Shown: positions 27,847-37,360 of the stretch, in pieces
How positions within the stretch are numbered: position 1 is the first letter of the stretch
Layout: each line of letters starts with the position of its first letter
IMG/VR virus record: IMGVR_UViG_3300044732_000643
Coordinates: 6,726 to 70,725 of that record
Direction: 5' to 3' (one strand)
Origin: a virus
DNA length: 64,000 bases
Made by a program: the position numbers and the translations under genes
Notes under the pieces: model-generated
Databases searched by the model: none
Told to the model about the DNA's origin: nothing
The model's input: only the letters and a program-made list of their open reading frames with translations

Positions 27847-30800
27847 ATGGCAAAGTTCAAGATAACAGGCTTACCTAAAGCGCAATATGGTAAGAACAAG
27901 ATTACATTAGAAGCATCTCCTTTTAGTCTTAATGCAAACCAAGCACAGTTAGCTAGTAGTGTTTATGGTGAATATGATCCTGAGTTTTTAATTGGGGCAA
28001 GTAGGCCTATTGGAGGTTCAAGAGATCCACGGATTGCAAACAGTCTTTCTCTTACAGCAGGTTTACCATTAAATGGAACTGCATTACCTAGTATAAATGC
28101 TGGATATAAATTTAGATATAGACCAAGTTCAATGGGTGCGGGAGCTTTTGCTCCTACTACACAATTAGATGTGGGTGCCGGTTGGGACCCAACACAAGGT
28201 TTAAACTTTCAAGCAAAAGCAAATCCAAGATGGGAGTTTGCTAATAGAAGTGCAGATGCTTACCTAAAGCATAACTGGCCTGTAGGAGCATGGCGCGGAT
28301 ATGCTGGTCCATCAGGTGGAATTAACTTAAGACAAAATTCTTTTGTTACAGGACCAGCTGCTTATGAAACTAGTGAGAAAACTGCAGGTAATCTAAATTT
28401 ATTCTATGGAGCTGAGGCAGGTATTGAAGGTAGACCTTTTAAAAAAACACCGCTAAGAGTCGGGCTTGATGCAAGTTTATTAATGAACATGGCTAAGAAA
28501 CAAGCTGAACAATCATTTAATCCAGATACTGATTTTAATAAGTCTGCTACTGGCTTTACACCAATGATTAAAGCTAAAGTAGTATATCCACTTGGTACTA
28601 AATTTCCTAAGAAAAAAGAAGAGTCAGAAGAAAAAATTAGATTAGATGCTATTAAAGCTAATGATAAAAACTATGTAGTTGACGCACCTGTTATAACTGG
28701 CCCTGGAGTAGACTGGGACTATAAAGAAAAACAACAACAATCTGGAACACCTAGAGGTTATTTACCAGGATATGAACCTGAGACAGGAAATAAGCTATCT
28801 GAAGAAGAAGTAATGCGTAGATATAACTATGGTCCAACCCTTGAATATGGTGGGACTTCTGATGGTATCTATCTTGATTTAGATGATGATGAGATAGAAC
28901 AATACAAGCAAGGTGGGTATATAGTAGAGGAACTTCCAAAAGCTCAGTTTGGTAAGAACAAAAGAAAGAAAGATCCAAACCAACCTATAGAGACAGCTAC
29001 TTCTATTATGTCAGGTACAGAACCTGTAACTCCAAATGTGGTTCAGCCTGGAACAGATGCCTTTGATCTTAACGTAGGTACAGTAAATCATGATCCTCTT
29101 CTTACAGCTGCATGGAATAGAGCTGCAGCTTATGATAATGTCATGAATAAAGCTAATGAGCTAAGAGTTCAGAATGAAAAGTTGAGTGAAGATATTTGGC
29201 AAAAGACATTGGCAGAAAGACAAGCAAACTTTGACAAAGCTGGTAAGCATGATAAGATAGAACCATTACAAACTATTCCAATTTATCAATTTGAAGAAAG
29301 ACAAAAAAAAGATCCTAACTATGTAAAGAGCTTAAAAGAACAAGGATATCTTATTACTACAGATAAAGAAAATGGAAAGGTAAACCTTTACCCAAAAACT
29401 GAGATTGAAACTAGGATTGTAAAGAATGGTCTTAGAACAAATGAGATAGTAAATAAACTTGGTATAGGTGACAAAAATTTAATTGATACAGAGTTTGCTG
29501 ATGTTATTAAAGGTGCTGATGAACAACATGCGTATCAGACTAAACAAACTCTGCAAGATCTTATGCTTGATAAAGGTTGGAGTAAAGAAAAAGCTATTGA
29601 CTATTTAGTAAACACTAAAAAGCTTGGTACCAAAGAAGGCTTAGAAAAAATCTATAACACAGACTTTAAAGACATAGATAAGAATGTAAGAAGCTATTAT
29701 GCTTATGGTGAAGATTACATACCATCATACTTAGACAAAGATGGTAATATGGTCAATGATACAAGTCTAATTGGTAAATGGAAAGACAATGATATCATTA
29801 CTCTTGCTAGAGATAGACGTTTTATTGATAGTTATGGTGCCAACATTACTTCTGTATCTCCAAATGATAATGGTAGCTTAGAGTATGGAGCACAAGTTCT
29901 TCAGAAACTAAGAAGTGGTAAATGGGGATGGAATCCTAAGACTAACAGTCTTGTTAAACTTGGAGCAGATGATGCTTACAAAGATTTAGCAATAGATCCT
30001 ACAGAGGAAGATGTTAATGAGATTAGCAGAATTGGCGATTACAGAAAATTAACTAATCAGCAATTCAATGATAAATACTATGCACCACAAAGTAAAATAG
30101 AAAAAGACTGGCAGAAAGGAAAAGTGCCGGTACAAATTAGTGCTAATGAAAATTACATGGCCACCGAGCTTGGCCAAGATGAAAATGGTAATACCGTAGA
30201 CTATGAATTTGGCATTGAAGTACCCGCAGGGACTGATCCAAATACTGGAGAGGTAATTACTAAAAGAGTATCTGCAAGTGAATTAGCTGGAAAGACAGTT
30301 TACATGACAGAAGAAGAAGCTGATAAATATAGAAGAGCAAGAGTTAAGTCTAACATGGGTGCTGTTTCTAGAAATCCTTTGTGGTATGCACCAGCAATGA
30401 TTGGTGCTCAGCCGTTTGCAGGAGGTGTACTTGGTGCTACACTAAATTATGCTCCTATATCATCAATGCCATGGTTAACTGCAGGAAATGCGTTAACAGC
30501 AGAAATGGCCTACACTGCACTTAAACCTCAAGGTGACTTTCATCAAGCATATAAAGACTTTAAAAAAGGTGATGTTTGGGAAGGTATAGGAAATAGTTTA
30601 TGGGGAGCACTAGGAGTAGCACCTTTAGGCAAAACTGCTTTTAAAACTTTTAGAGCATTAAATGATTTAAAAAAACCTGGTGGTATGGGTCTAATACCAA
30701 CAAGATCAAACTTACAGTACTCAATTTCAGGTCAACGTGGTGCTGCTGGTAAAACTGGATTAGATCAAGCACATGTAGAAGACGTAAGAAAAAAGACTAT

Positions 30801-31671
30801 TGCTAGATTGCAGTCGGAGGACTATTTAAAAAAGAGAATGGCCAATACTGGAGAAACAGCTGAACAAGTTAAAGCTGATGTGAAAAAAATAATTTCTGAA
30901 GCTGAAAATACAAAGTATAATTTGAATGCATCCCTTAGTCCAAATATTATGGGAGAACAGAGACCAAAAGGATTACAAAACTTATGGAGATATCCTACAG
31001 TAGATATATCAAAAACTGCAGAGAATCCCATAACTACTTTGATTCATGAAAATAATCACTTGTATTCTCCTGCTGGTTATACAAGTAATATGGCACCTTT
31101 AATTAAAGGTTGGCGTAATCCAAATATTGCCTCAGTTCCTTTTGGTAAAAATAGAGGTGTATATACTAATTATCCTAAACTGGGTGTAACCGATGATATT
31201 GGTGAGTATGAAGCAAGAGAGTGGGAACAACAAGTTAGACACCTAAATGCAAGAGATCAACTTATTTCAGCAAACAACTTAGCAGAAGATGCTAAAGTAA
31301 CACCAGAAATGGTAGAAAAGTTTGGACAGGATTGGTTTAAGCGTATAAAGACTGAAGGACATGTGGCTGATGACTATGATATTATTTGGGAATCTGAACT
31401 AAAGAATGTAAGGGAAACTCTTGCTAAAGAAAAAGGTTTTGCAAATACTACAGAACTTGAGAAAAATTTAACGCAAACAGAAAGATCTGCATTTTTAAAA
31501 GAGGTTAGAAAAAGATGGTCAGAAAAAGTTGCTGGTGTATTAAACAGTGCGTGGATGGGTGTACCAGCTGTAATAGGTGTCGGTGCATTAAGTGCAGGAG
31601 CTACAGATGCTGAGTTCAAAAAAGGTGGTTTCCCAAAGAACATAGGTAAACTTAAAAAGTTTACTAGATAA
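27847..31671 (+). CDS. Modular virion cargo protein with beta-barrel-like N-terminus, hydrophobic helices and zincin (HENNH)
   Basis: 1274 aa; LPKAQYGKNK and LPKAQFGKNK; HENNH at 31045-31059; C-terminal AWMGVPAVIGVGAL then EFKKGG. Confidence 0.7.
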   Translation: MAKFKITGLPKAQYGKNKITLEASPFSLNANQAQLASSVYGEYDPEFLIGASRPIGGSRDPRIANSLSLTAGLPLNGTALPSINAGYKFRYRPSSMGAGAFAPTTQLDVGAGWDPTQGLNFQAKANPRWEFANRSADAYLKHNWPVGAWRGYAGPSGGINLRQNSFVTGPAAYETSEKTAGNLNLFYGAEAGIEGRPFKKTPLRVGLDASLLMNMAKKQAEQSFNPDTDFNKSATGFTPMIKAKVVYPLGTKFPKKKEESEEKIRLDAIKANDKNYVVDAPVITGPGVDWDYKEKQQQSGTPRGYLPGYEPETGNKLSEEEVMRRYNYGPTLEYGGTSDGIYLDLDDDEIEQYKQGGYIVEELPKAQFGKNKRKKDPNQPIETATSIMSGTEPVTPNVVQPGTDAFDLNVGTVNHDPLLTAAWNRAAAYDNVMNKANELRVQNEKLSEDIWQKTLAERQANFDKAGKHDKIEPLQTIPIYQFEERQKKDPNYVKSLKEQGYLITTDKENGKVNLYPKTEIETRIVKNGLRTNEIVNKLGIGDKNLIDTEFADVIKGADEQHAYQTKQTLQDLMLDKGWSKEKAIDYLVNTKKLGTKEGLEKIYNTDFKDIDKNVRSYYAYGEDYIPSYLDKDGNMVNDTSLIGKWKDNDIITLARDRRFIDSYGANITSVSPNDNGSLEYGAQVLQKLRSGKWGWNPKTNSLVKLGADDAYKDLAIDPTEEDVNEISRIGDYRKLTNQQFNDKYYAPQSKIEKDWQKGKVPVQISANENYMATELGQDENGNTVDYEFGIEVPAGTDPNTGEVITKRVSASELAGKTVYMTEEEADKYRRARVKSNMGAVSRNPLWYAPAMIGAQPFAGGVLGATLNYAPISSMPWLTAGNALTAEMAYTALKPQGDFHQAYKDFKKGDVWEGIGNSLWGALGVAPLGKTAFKTFRALNDLKKPGGMGLIPTRSNLQYSISGQRGAAGKTGLDQAHVEDVRKKTIARLQSEDYLKKRMANTGETAEQVKADVKKIISEAENTKYNLNASLSPNIMGEQRPKGLQNLWRYPTVDISKTAENPITTLIHENNHLYSPAGYTSNMAPLIKGWRNPNIASVPFGKNRGVYTNYPKLGVTDDIGEYEAREWEQQVRHLNARDQLISANNLAEDAKVTPEMVEKFGQDWFKRIKTEGHVADDYDIIWESELKNVRETLAKEKGFANTTELEKNLTQTERSAFLKEVRKRWSEKVAGVLNSAWMGVPAVIGVGALSAGATDAEFKKGGFPKNIGKLKKFTR

Positions 31672-31692
31672 ATTTAAAATAAGTATATTTAG
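31660..31692 (+). promoter_or_regulatory. Putative promoter TTTA-N20-TATATTTAG (degenerate -33)
   Basis: TATATTTAG 31684-31692 in the AT-rich gap before ATG 31709; TTTA 20 nt upstream. Confidence 0.45.
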
Positions 31693-31708
31693 TATATAGC
31701 ATGCTATT

Positions 31709-34700
31709 ATGAAAAGAAGAGTAAGAGTTTACAAAGCAGAAGACGGACAAGGTCAATACCATAACCAAATGTCTCAGTTCTTAAAGAAAGCCCAGATGGG
31801 TATGGAACAACAACAAGCTCAACAGCCAGACATGCAACAAGTTGTAATGCAAGTTGCAGGATTAATCATGCCCCCACCAGAAGGTCAAGGGCAAGATCCT
31901 CAGCAGATATACCAATCTCTTGTTCAGTCTTATGGTGAGGAAGCGGCAGCACAGATTATTAATGCTGCTGTAAGCATGGCTCAACCTGAAGAAGCTGTAC
32001 CTACAGATGAAGAATTAGCACAATCACTACCTCCGGTAGATGATTTGACAATGCAGGAGCAGTTGATTCAAGAAGAAGAAGAACGTCAACAGCAGTTAAG
32101 AGATGATGAGTATGTTATAGAAGATGAAGAGTTCATGAATGATCTTCTGTATGGTGATGATACACAAACAGAAGAAGAACAACCTGAAGCTAAATATGGT
32201 GGTGCTCAACATAGAAGTTTTGTAAAGAAAGCTTTAAAGCTTGCTAAGAAACAAATGGGTGATGCCGGAAATGGTCAAGGTAAGAACACTGCTGATATAT
32301 ATGACGGTGCGCTTAAGAGATCTGAGGACTTTACAACTAACCTTAAGAATGAAGCTACCTTATCTTTATTAGAGCAGCAGTTTAAGAACATGTCTCAAGC
32401 ATCACCAACAATGCAAGGACAACAACCTTTTGCATATGGGGGATCACAGTTTGGTGGTATGACTGGTTATGACTTAAATAAGTTTATCAATGGTGGTTAT
32501 GACCCTTCTATACCTGAGTTAACTAAAGCACAGTATGGCTATCAGTTTAATAAATTATTAGAAGACCTTAATACAGATAAGAGGGGTGTTACTAGTTTTA
32601 GCCGAGGTGCTGATATGGCACAAAAGGCAGAAGATACAGAGAATCCAGACAACAAAGAATTGTATGAGCATCTGAAAGCATTAGGTGTCAATGTAGGTGA
32701 ATACCGTGAAGGTATGAACTACAAAGAAGTAGCTGATAAAATAAAAGGTGGAAAAGGTAGTGGTAATAATACAAACTATAACTATCAACCCTACTCTACT
32801 AATAATGTATGGGATGCCTTGATTCCTAACAATGCAATCTTTGGTAAGAAGTATACTATGTCAGGTCCTATGAATTATTTAGGAAATGCATTTAAGGGAT
32901 CTTTTGACCCAAGTAAAATGTCAGGCTTTGATGTAGAAAAAGAAAGATTAGGTTTTGGTCACAAGCGTTATACGTTTACTCCTAAACTTAATGGTGCTTC
33001 AGGTACTGGGGCAGGTGTAGGTGCAGGTAAAGTTGGGAGTCCAGGTAGTGCAGTAGATGCATTAGGTAGACCAGTTACTTCTCAGAAACAACTTGAGATG
33101 TCATATTTAAATCCAGCATACTTACGTCAGTCAGGCAAGGAGTTAAAAGATCTTAATCTTAATCCTTATAGCAAACAAGAAATGAGAAATGCTAGACAGG
33201 ACTTAAGACAGTACGATAGAGCTGGCAGAAAAACGGATAGAAAAAATGATTGGGCTCAAGATAAATTTGGAAATAATAGTCAAAAACAAAAGGGTGACTT
33301 TTGGCCTAAAGTAGCAGGATTCTTTTCTTCAGCACAAAAAAGAGCTGAATATGGTTTACAAACATACCAAGGTAACGTAAATGGATCTTCTGTAAATAAT
33401 CAAGAACCACCTATTGAATTTAAACCAAAGACTGCAAAAGAAGTTTGGGATAAATATGAACCAGAATTAAGAGAACAATGGGGTAGCAAAGTTGGTCAAG
33501 AGGATCAACTTGAACAAGGTGATCCACGTTTTCAAGTAGATGAAGAAAAGTACTTTAATGGTACTAACTTTTTGAATGCAGCTAATCCAATGTTAAAAGG
33601 ACTTACTGCTGGACTTGAAAGAAAGAATCTAAAGAATTTCTATGGATACCAGAACCAGACTTCTGATGATTTGAATATGGCACAAGCCCAGAGAAAGCAT
33701 GGTAACTACAATCCTAACTCTGGTTTATTTCAAGAAGACTTAGAGGGACAGAACTGGCAAAGTAAATACGGTGGTGTACCTCACATGAAGATGGGAGGAC
33801 CAAAAGGTAAAACAGGACAACAGGTAGATTACTCTTTGGGTATTTTCCCAACAGCTATGGGTGGATCAGATATCAATCAATACATTGGCAGAAAGAAACC
33901 TGAGATAGCAGATACACTTAAACCTGTACCAAGAGATGAAGCTAATCTAGAAGCTGAAAAAGGTGAAACGGCATATGGAGATCTTAATGGAGATGGCTTT
34001 CCAGAACACTATGAGATTGGTGGCAAGCGTCATTATGAAGGTGGTACTCCACTTAATCTTCCAGATGATACGTTTATCTTTAGTGATACTAAATCTATGA
34101 GAATTAGTGATCCTAAGATTCTTAAGATGTTCAATAAAAAACCTAAGAAGGGTGGTTATACTCCGGCTGAGTTAGCTAAGCAGTATGACATTAATGAATA
34201 CCGCAAGATTCTTGAAGATCCAGATTCAGATGTAGTAAGTAGAAAGACTGCAGAACAAATGATTAAGAACTTCAACATTAAACTTGGAGCTCTAGCATTA
34301 GCACAAGAATCTAAAAAAGGATTCCCGCAAGGTATCCCTGTAGCAGCTAAACCATATATGGAAGCTATGGGTATCAAAGAAGAAGATATCATACCTAAAG
34401 AAGAAGAGACTCAGCAGATGGCTCAACAAGTTATGGGTCAGCAAGGAATGCCACCACAAGGAATGGCACAACCAGGTATGATGCCAGAACAACAAATGGC
34501 TATGGCTTCTCAAGAAGGTATGATGGCTAGCCCAGAAGAAATGGGAATGAGTCCTGAAGGAATGATGAGATATGGTGGTATGCGTAGATTGAGAAGAGCT
34601 CAAGAAGGTGTTAATACTTATGACCCATATAATAGACCACAAGAAGAACTTGATGCAGCTAATCAAGCATTCTATGAAAGAACAAAAGATATTGATGCTT

Positions 34701-37297
34701 CTAAGTATTTTAATAACAATTCAAATCCAGATCTTAGAGACTATAGTAATGATATGAATCATGCTGTTAAACATGGCTACGCTAATGAGCCTTGGTTTAA
34801 TATGGGATTGAGTGAAAACCAATTGCTTAATTTTTATAAACAAAGTGATGGTAGAATAGCATTACCTGTAACTAGTAATAGTAATTCACCAGCTTGGGTA
34901 AGAGGATTAAGAAGAGAGGGCGGTTTGGCTAAAGCACAGGAAGGTGGTGTTGATCAAATGCAACAAGTAATGCAACAGGTAGAACAAGCTCTTCAACAAG
35001 GAGCTCAACCTGAAGAAGTAGCTGCACAGTTAATTCAAAGTCAAATACAGCCAGAAGCTGTAATGCAAATCTTCATGCAGTTAGGTGTACCTCAAGAAGA
35101 AGCTGCCGGTATAGTGCAATCAGTAATGCAACAAATGCAAGGTGCTCAACAACAAGGAATGAGTAAACAAATGCCAATGGCTCAGAATGGAATAATACAA
35201 AGATCTGATCCAGCTATGGAGGAGTACATTAAAACAATGAATAAGTACTATAACAGAAAAGGTGAAGACAATGAATTCCTTCCTTCTGGAGCTGGTCCAA
35301 TGACTGAAGAGCAGATGTATAACTGGAATGATATACAAGATGTTCTTCAACCTGGTAGTATTCCTCAAAAAAGTCAGTATACTCCTGAAGAAAAACTGCA
35401 ACGTATGCAAAAATCAACAGAAAATTGTCCATGTATGAAAGATGCTATTGTACAAGGAAGACTTCAGAAAGTTTGTACACCATGTGAACAAATGCCAATG
35501 GCTGCCTATGGTATGCAGATGGGAGGCTATGATATGCCTTTTAGCTACAGCCATCCTTATCAGATGGCTTATGGGGGATTTCTTGACAGATACCAAACCA
35601 AAGGTGAAGTAAAACAAAGAATCTATACTGAAGATCAATTACCAGAAGATGCCCGTATAGTAGAGAAATTTACCAGAGGTAAAAAACCGGGAGACTTTGA
35701 ATTACAAGAAGACGGTACTTATAGAAAGGTAACTAAGTATGATCTTAAACCCTCTGCTTCTAGTGCAACTAAACAGCAAACTGCAGCAGATTTTGCATCA
35801 CAGTCTGAAGAGAATAAGAAACTACTAGAACAAGCTAATGCAATTATTGCAAGAGAAATTGATAATGGGACAATTGAAGGTGACCCAGCTGGTGGTCCAA
35901 TTAAACTACTAGGTAATCTTAGCTTACCATTCAATGAAAGAATTATCTTAAGTAAAGCACTTAACTCTAACAAAGATTTTGGTACTGATAAATACAAGGT
36001 AACTAAGCAAAGTGCAACAATAGGTTACTCTAAAAAAGATGCGTCAGGAAAACTAACAGGTACCGGGTCATTTGTAGCAGGGTTTACTCCAGAAGACTAT
36101 GAGAAGCGTTACCTATATGAGCAATTGAAAGGTATGGGTGCAGATGATGAAAGAGCATTTGCTGAAATAGAAAAGATATATAATGACCCAACTCAAAAAG
36201 CTAGTGTAAGAAGAGAGTATTTAAACTTCTTAGGTGTTGCAGCACCAGCAGATGATGCTGAATTACTAGATGCTAATTTCTATAAGACACGTTACAAAGA
36301 TGTGACAACTGCTATGGAGAGGTTAGATGAAGGTACATTCAGAACTCCTGAAGCAGGTGGTAATGACTTGATATCAGGGTTTGATCACTTTGATGCAATG
36401 GGCTTTGAATATAATCCAGAGTATGAAGCTGAACAACAAGAACAGGAAGAGGAAACTACTGACACTGAAACAGAAGAAGATGTAAATGTACCTGTTCCTC
36501 AGTATGCTCCATGGTGGTTACAAGATACTATCAAGACAGCAGGAGCATTTGGTGATCTTATGGGTGTTAAGAAGTATTATCCTTGGGCACCTAAGTATAA
36601 TCCTATGATGCCGGAGCCTACATTCTTAGATCCAACAAGAGCTATAGCTGCACAATCAGAGCAAGCTAGAATTCTTGGGGATACTATGGCTAAGCTATCT
36701 CCTAACTCTTCACTAGCTGCTTCTAGATTAAGTGGTCTTCAAGGAGAGTTAGCTAAAGGAGCTTCTGATACAGCTAATCAATATGACAAAGCTAACGTAG
36801 AGATAGCTAACCAATTTGCACCAATGCAAGCTGATGTAGCTAATAAAGCTCAAGAGTATAACCTTGGTCAGACTAAAGGTCTATATGATGCTAATACAAT
36901 TATGAATCAACAGTATGACAATAGTAAGCGTGCTCTAAGAGGTAACCTTCTTAACCAGTACACTAACGCTATTACTAACCGTTGGAAGACTGATGCTCTC
37001 AATCAATTGTATCCACAGTACGCTGTTGATCCATCAATTGGGGGTAGACTTAATTTCAAAAAAGGTAAAGAACAAGATCCTACAGTTGCTAAGAAATATG
37101 GTGATTACTATGATGAAGCTTTTAAAGCTACGGGTGATGCAGATGCTGCTGCTAAGTATGCATTACTAGCATGGAAACAATCTCAAGGTATGTCTGCTAA
37201 TGATCCGTCAGAAGCAATAATGTCTCATTATGATAATATGGCACGTGGTGGAATATTTGTAATGGGTCCAAGTTTAATGCCCCCACTGATCATGTAA
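31709..37297 (+). CDS. Virion cargo protein 1-like (ejection protein), Q/M-rich
   Basis: 1862 aa; ANLEAEKGE...IGGKRHYEGGTPL...FIFSD resembles the conserved compact domain of crAss-like cargo protein 1; many xxGG tags; Q/M-rich helical repeats. Confidence 0.6.
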   Translation: MKRRVRVYKAEDGQGQYHNQMSQFLKKAQMGMEQQQAQQPDMQQVVMQVAGLIMPPPEGQGQDPQQIYQSLVQSYGEEAAAQIINAAVSMAQPEEAVPTDEELAQSLPPVDDLTMQEQLIQEEEERQQQLRDDEYVIEDEEFMNDLLYGDDTQTEEEQPEAKYGGAQHRSFVKKALKLAKKQMGDAGNGQGKNTADIYDGALKRSEDFTTNLKNEATLSLLEQQFKNMSQASPTMQGQQPFAYGGSQFGGMTGYDLNKFINGGYDPSIPELTKAQYGYQFNKLLEDLNTDKRGVTSFSRGADMAQKAEDTENPDNKELYEHLKALGVNVGEYREGMNYKEVADKIKGGKGSGNNTNYNYQPYSTNNVWDALIPNNAIFGKKYTMSGPMNYLGNAFKGSFDPSKMSGFDVEKERLGFGHKRYTFTPKLNGASGTGAGVGAGKVGSPGSAVDALGRPVTSQKQLEMSYLNPAYLRQSGKELKDLNLNPYSKQEMRNARQDLRQYDRAGRKTDRKNDWAQDKFGNNSQKQKGDFWPKVAGFFSSAQKRAEYGLQTYQGNVNGSSVNNQEPPIEFKPKTAKEVWDKYEPELREQWGSKVGQEDQLEQGDPRFQVDEEKYFNGTNFLNAANPMLKGLTAGLERKNLKNFYGYQNQTSDDLNMAQAQRKHGNYNPNSGLFQEDLEGQNWQSKYGGVPHMKMGGPKGKTGQQVDYSLGIFPTAMGGSDINQYIGRKKPEIADTLKPVPRDEANLEAEKGETAYGDLNGDGFPEHYEIGGKRHYEGGTPLNLPDDTFIFSDTKSMRISDPKILKMFNKKPKKGGYTPAELAKQYDINEYRKILEDPDSDVVSRKTAEQMIKNFNIKLGALALAQESKKGFPQGIPVAAKPYMEAMGIKEEDIIPKEEETQQMAQQVMGQQGMPPQGMAQPGMMPEQQMAMASQEGMMASPEEMGMSPEGMMRYGGMRRLRRAQEGVNTYDPYNRPQEELDAANQAFYERTKDIDASKYFNNNSNPDLRDYSNDMNHAVKHGYANEPWFNMGLSENQLLNFYKQSDGRIALPVTSNSNSPAWVRGLRREGGLAKAQEGGVDQMQQVMQQVEQALQQGAQPEEVAAQLIQSQIQPEAVMQIFMQLGVPQEEAAGIVQSVMQQMQGAQQQGMSKQMPMAQNGIIQRSDPAMEEYIKTMNKYYNRKGEDNEFLPSGAGPMTEEQMYNWNDIQDVLQPGSIPQKSQYTPEEKLQRMQKSTENCPCMKDAIVQGRLQKVCTPCEQMPMAAYGMQMGGYDMPFSYSHPYQMAYGGFLDRYQTKGEVKQRIYTEDQLPEDARIVEKFTRGKKPGDFELQEDGTYRKVTKYDLKPSASSATKQQTAADFASQSEENKKLLEQANAIIAREIDNGTIEGDPAGGPIKLLGNLSLPFNERIILSKALNSNKDFGTDKYKVTKQSATIGYSKKDASGKLTGTGSFVAGFTPEDYEKRYLYEQLKGMGADDERAFAEIEKIYNDPTQKASVRREYLNFLGVAAPADDAELLDANFYKTRYKDVTTAMERLDEGTFRTPEAGGNDLISGFDHFDAMGFEYNPEYEAEQQEQEEETTDTETEEDVNVPVPQYAPWWLQDTIKTAGAFGDLMGVKKYYPWAPKYNPMMPEPTFLDPTRAIAAQSEQARILGDTMAKLSPNSSLAASRLSGLQGELAKGASDTANQYDKANVEIANQFAPMQADVANKAQEYNLGQTKGLYDANTIMNQQYDNSKRALRGNLLNQYTNAITNRWKTDALNQLYPQYAVDPSIGGRLNFKKGKEQDPTVAKKYGDYYDEAFKATGDADAAAKYALLAWKQSQGMSANDPSEAIMSHYDNMARGGIFVMGPSLMPPLIM

Positions 37298-37360
37298 ACT
37301 TCTTAGGTTTATTAAACTTATAAAATTTTGATATTTTTACAATACAAAGAATACTAAAGC

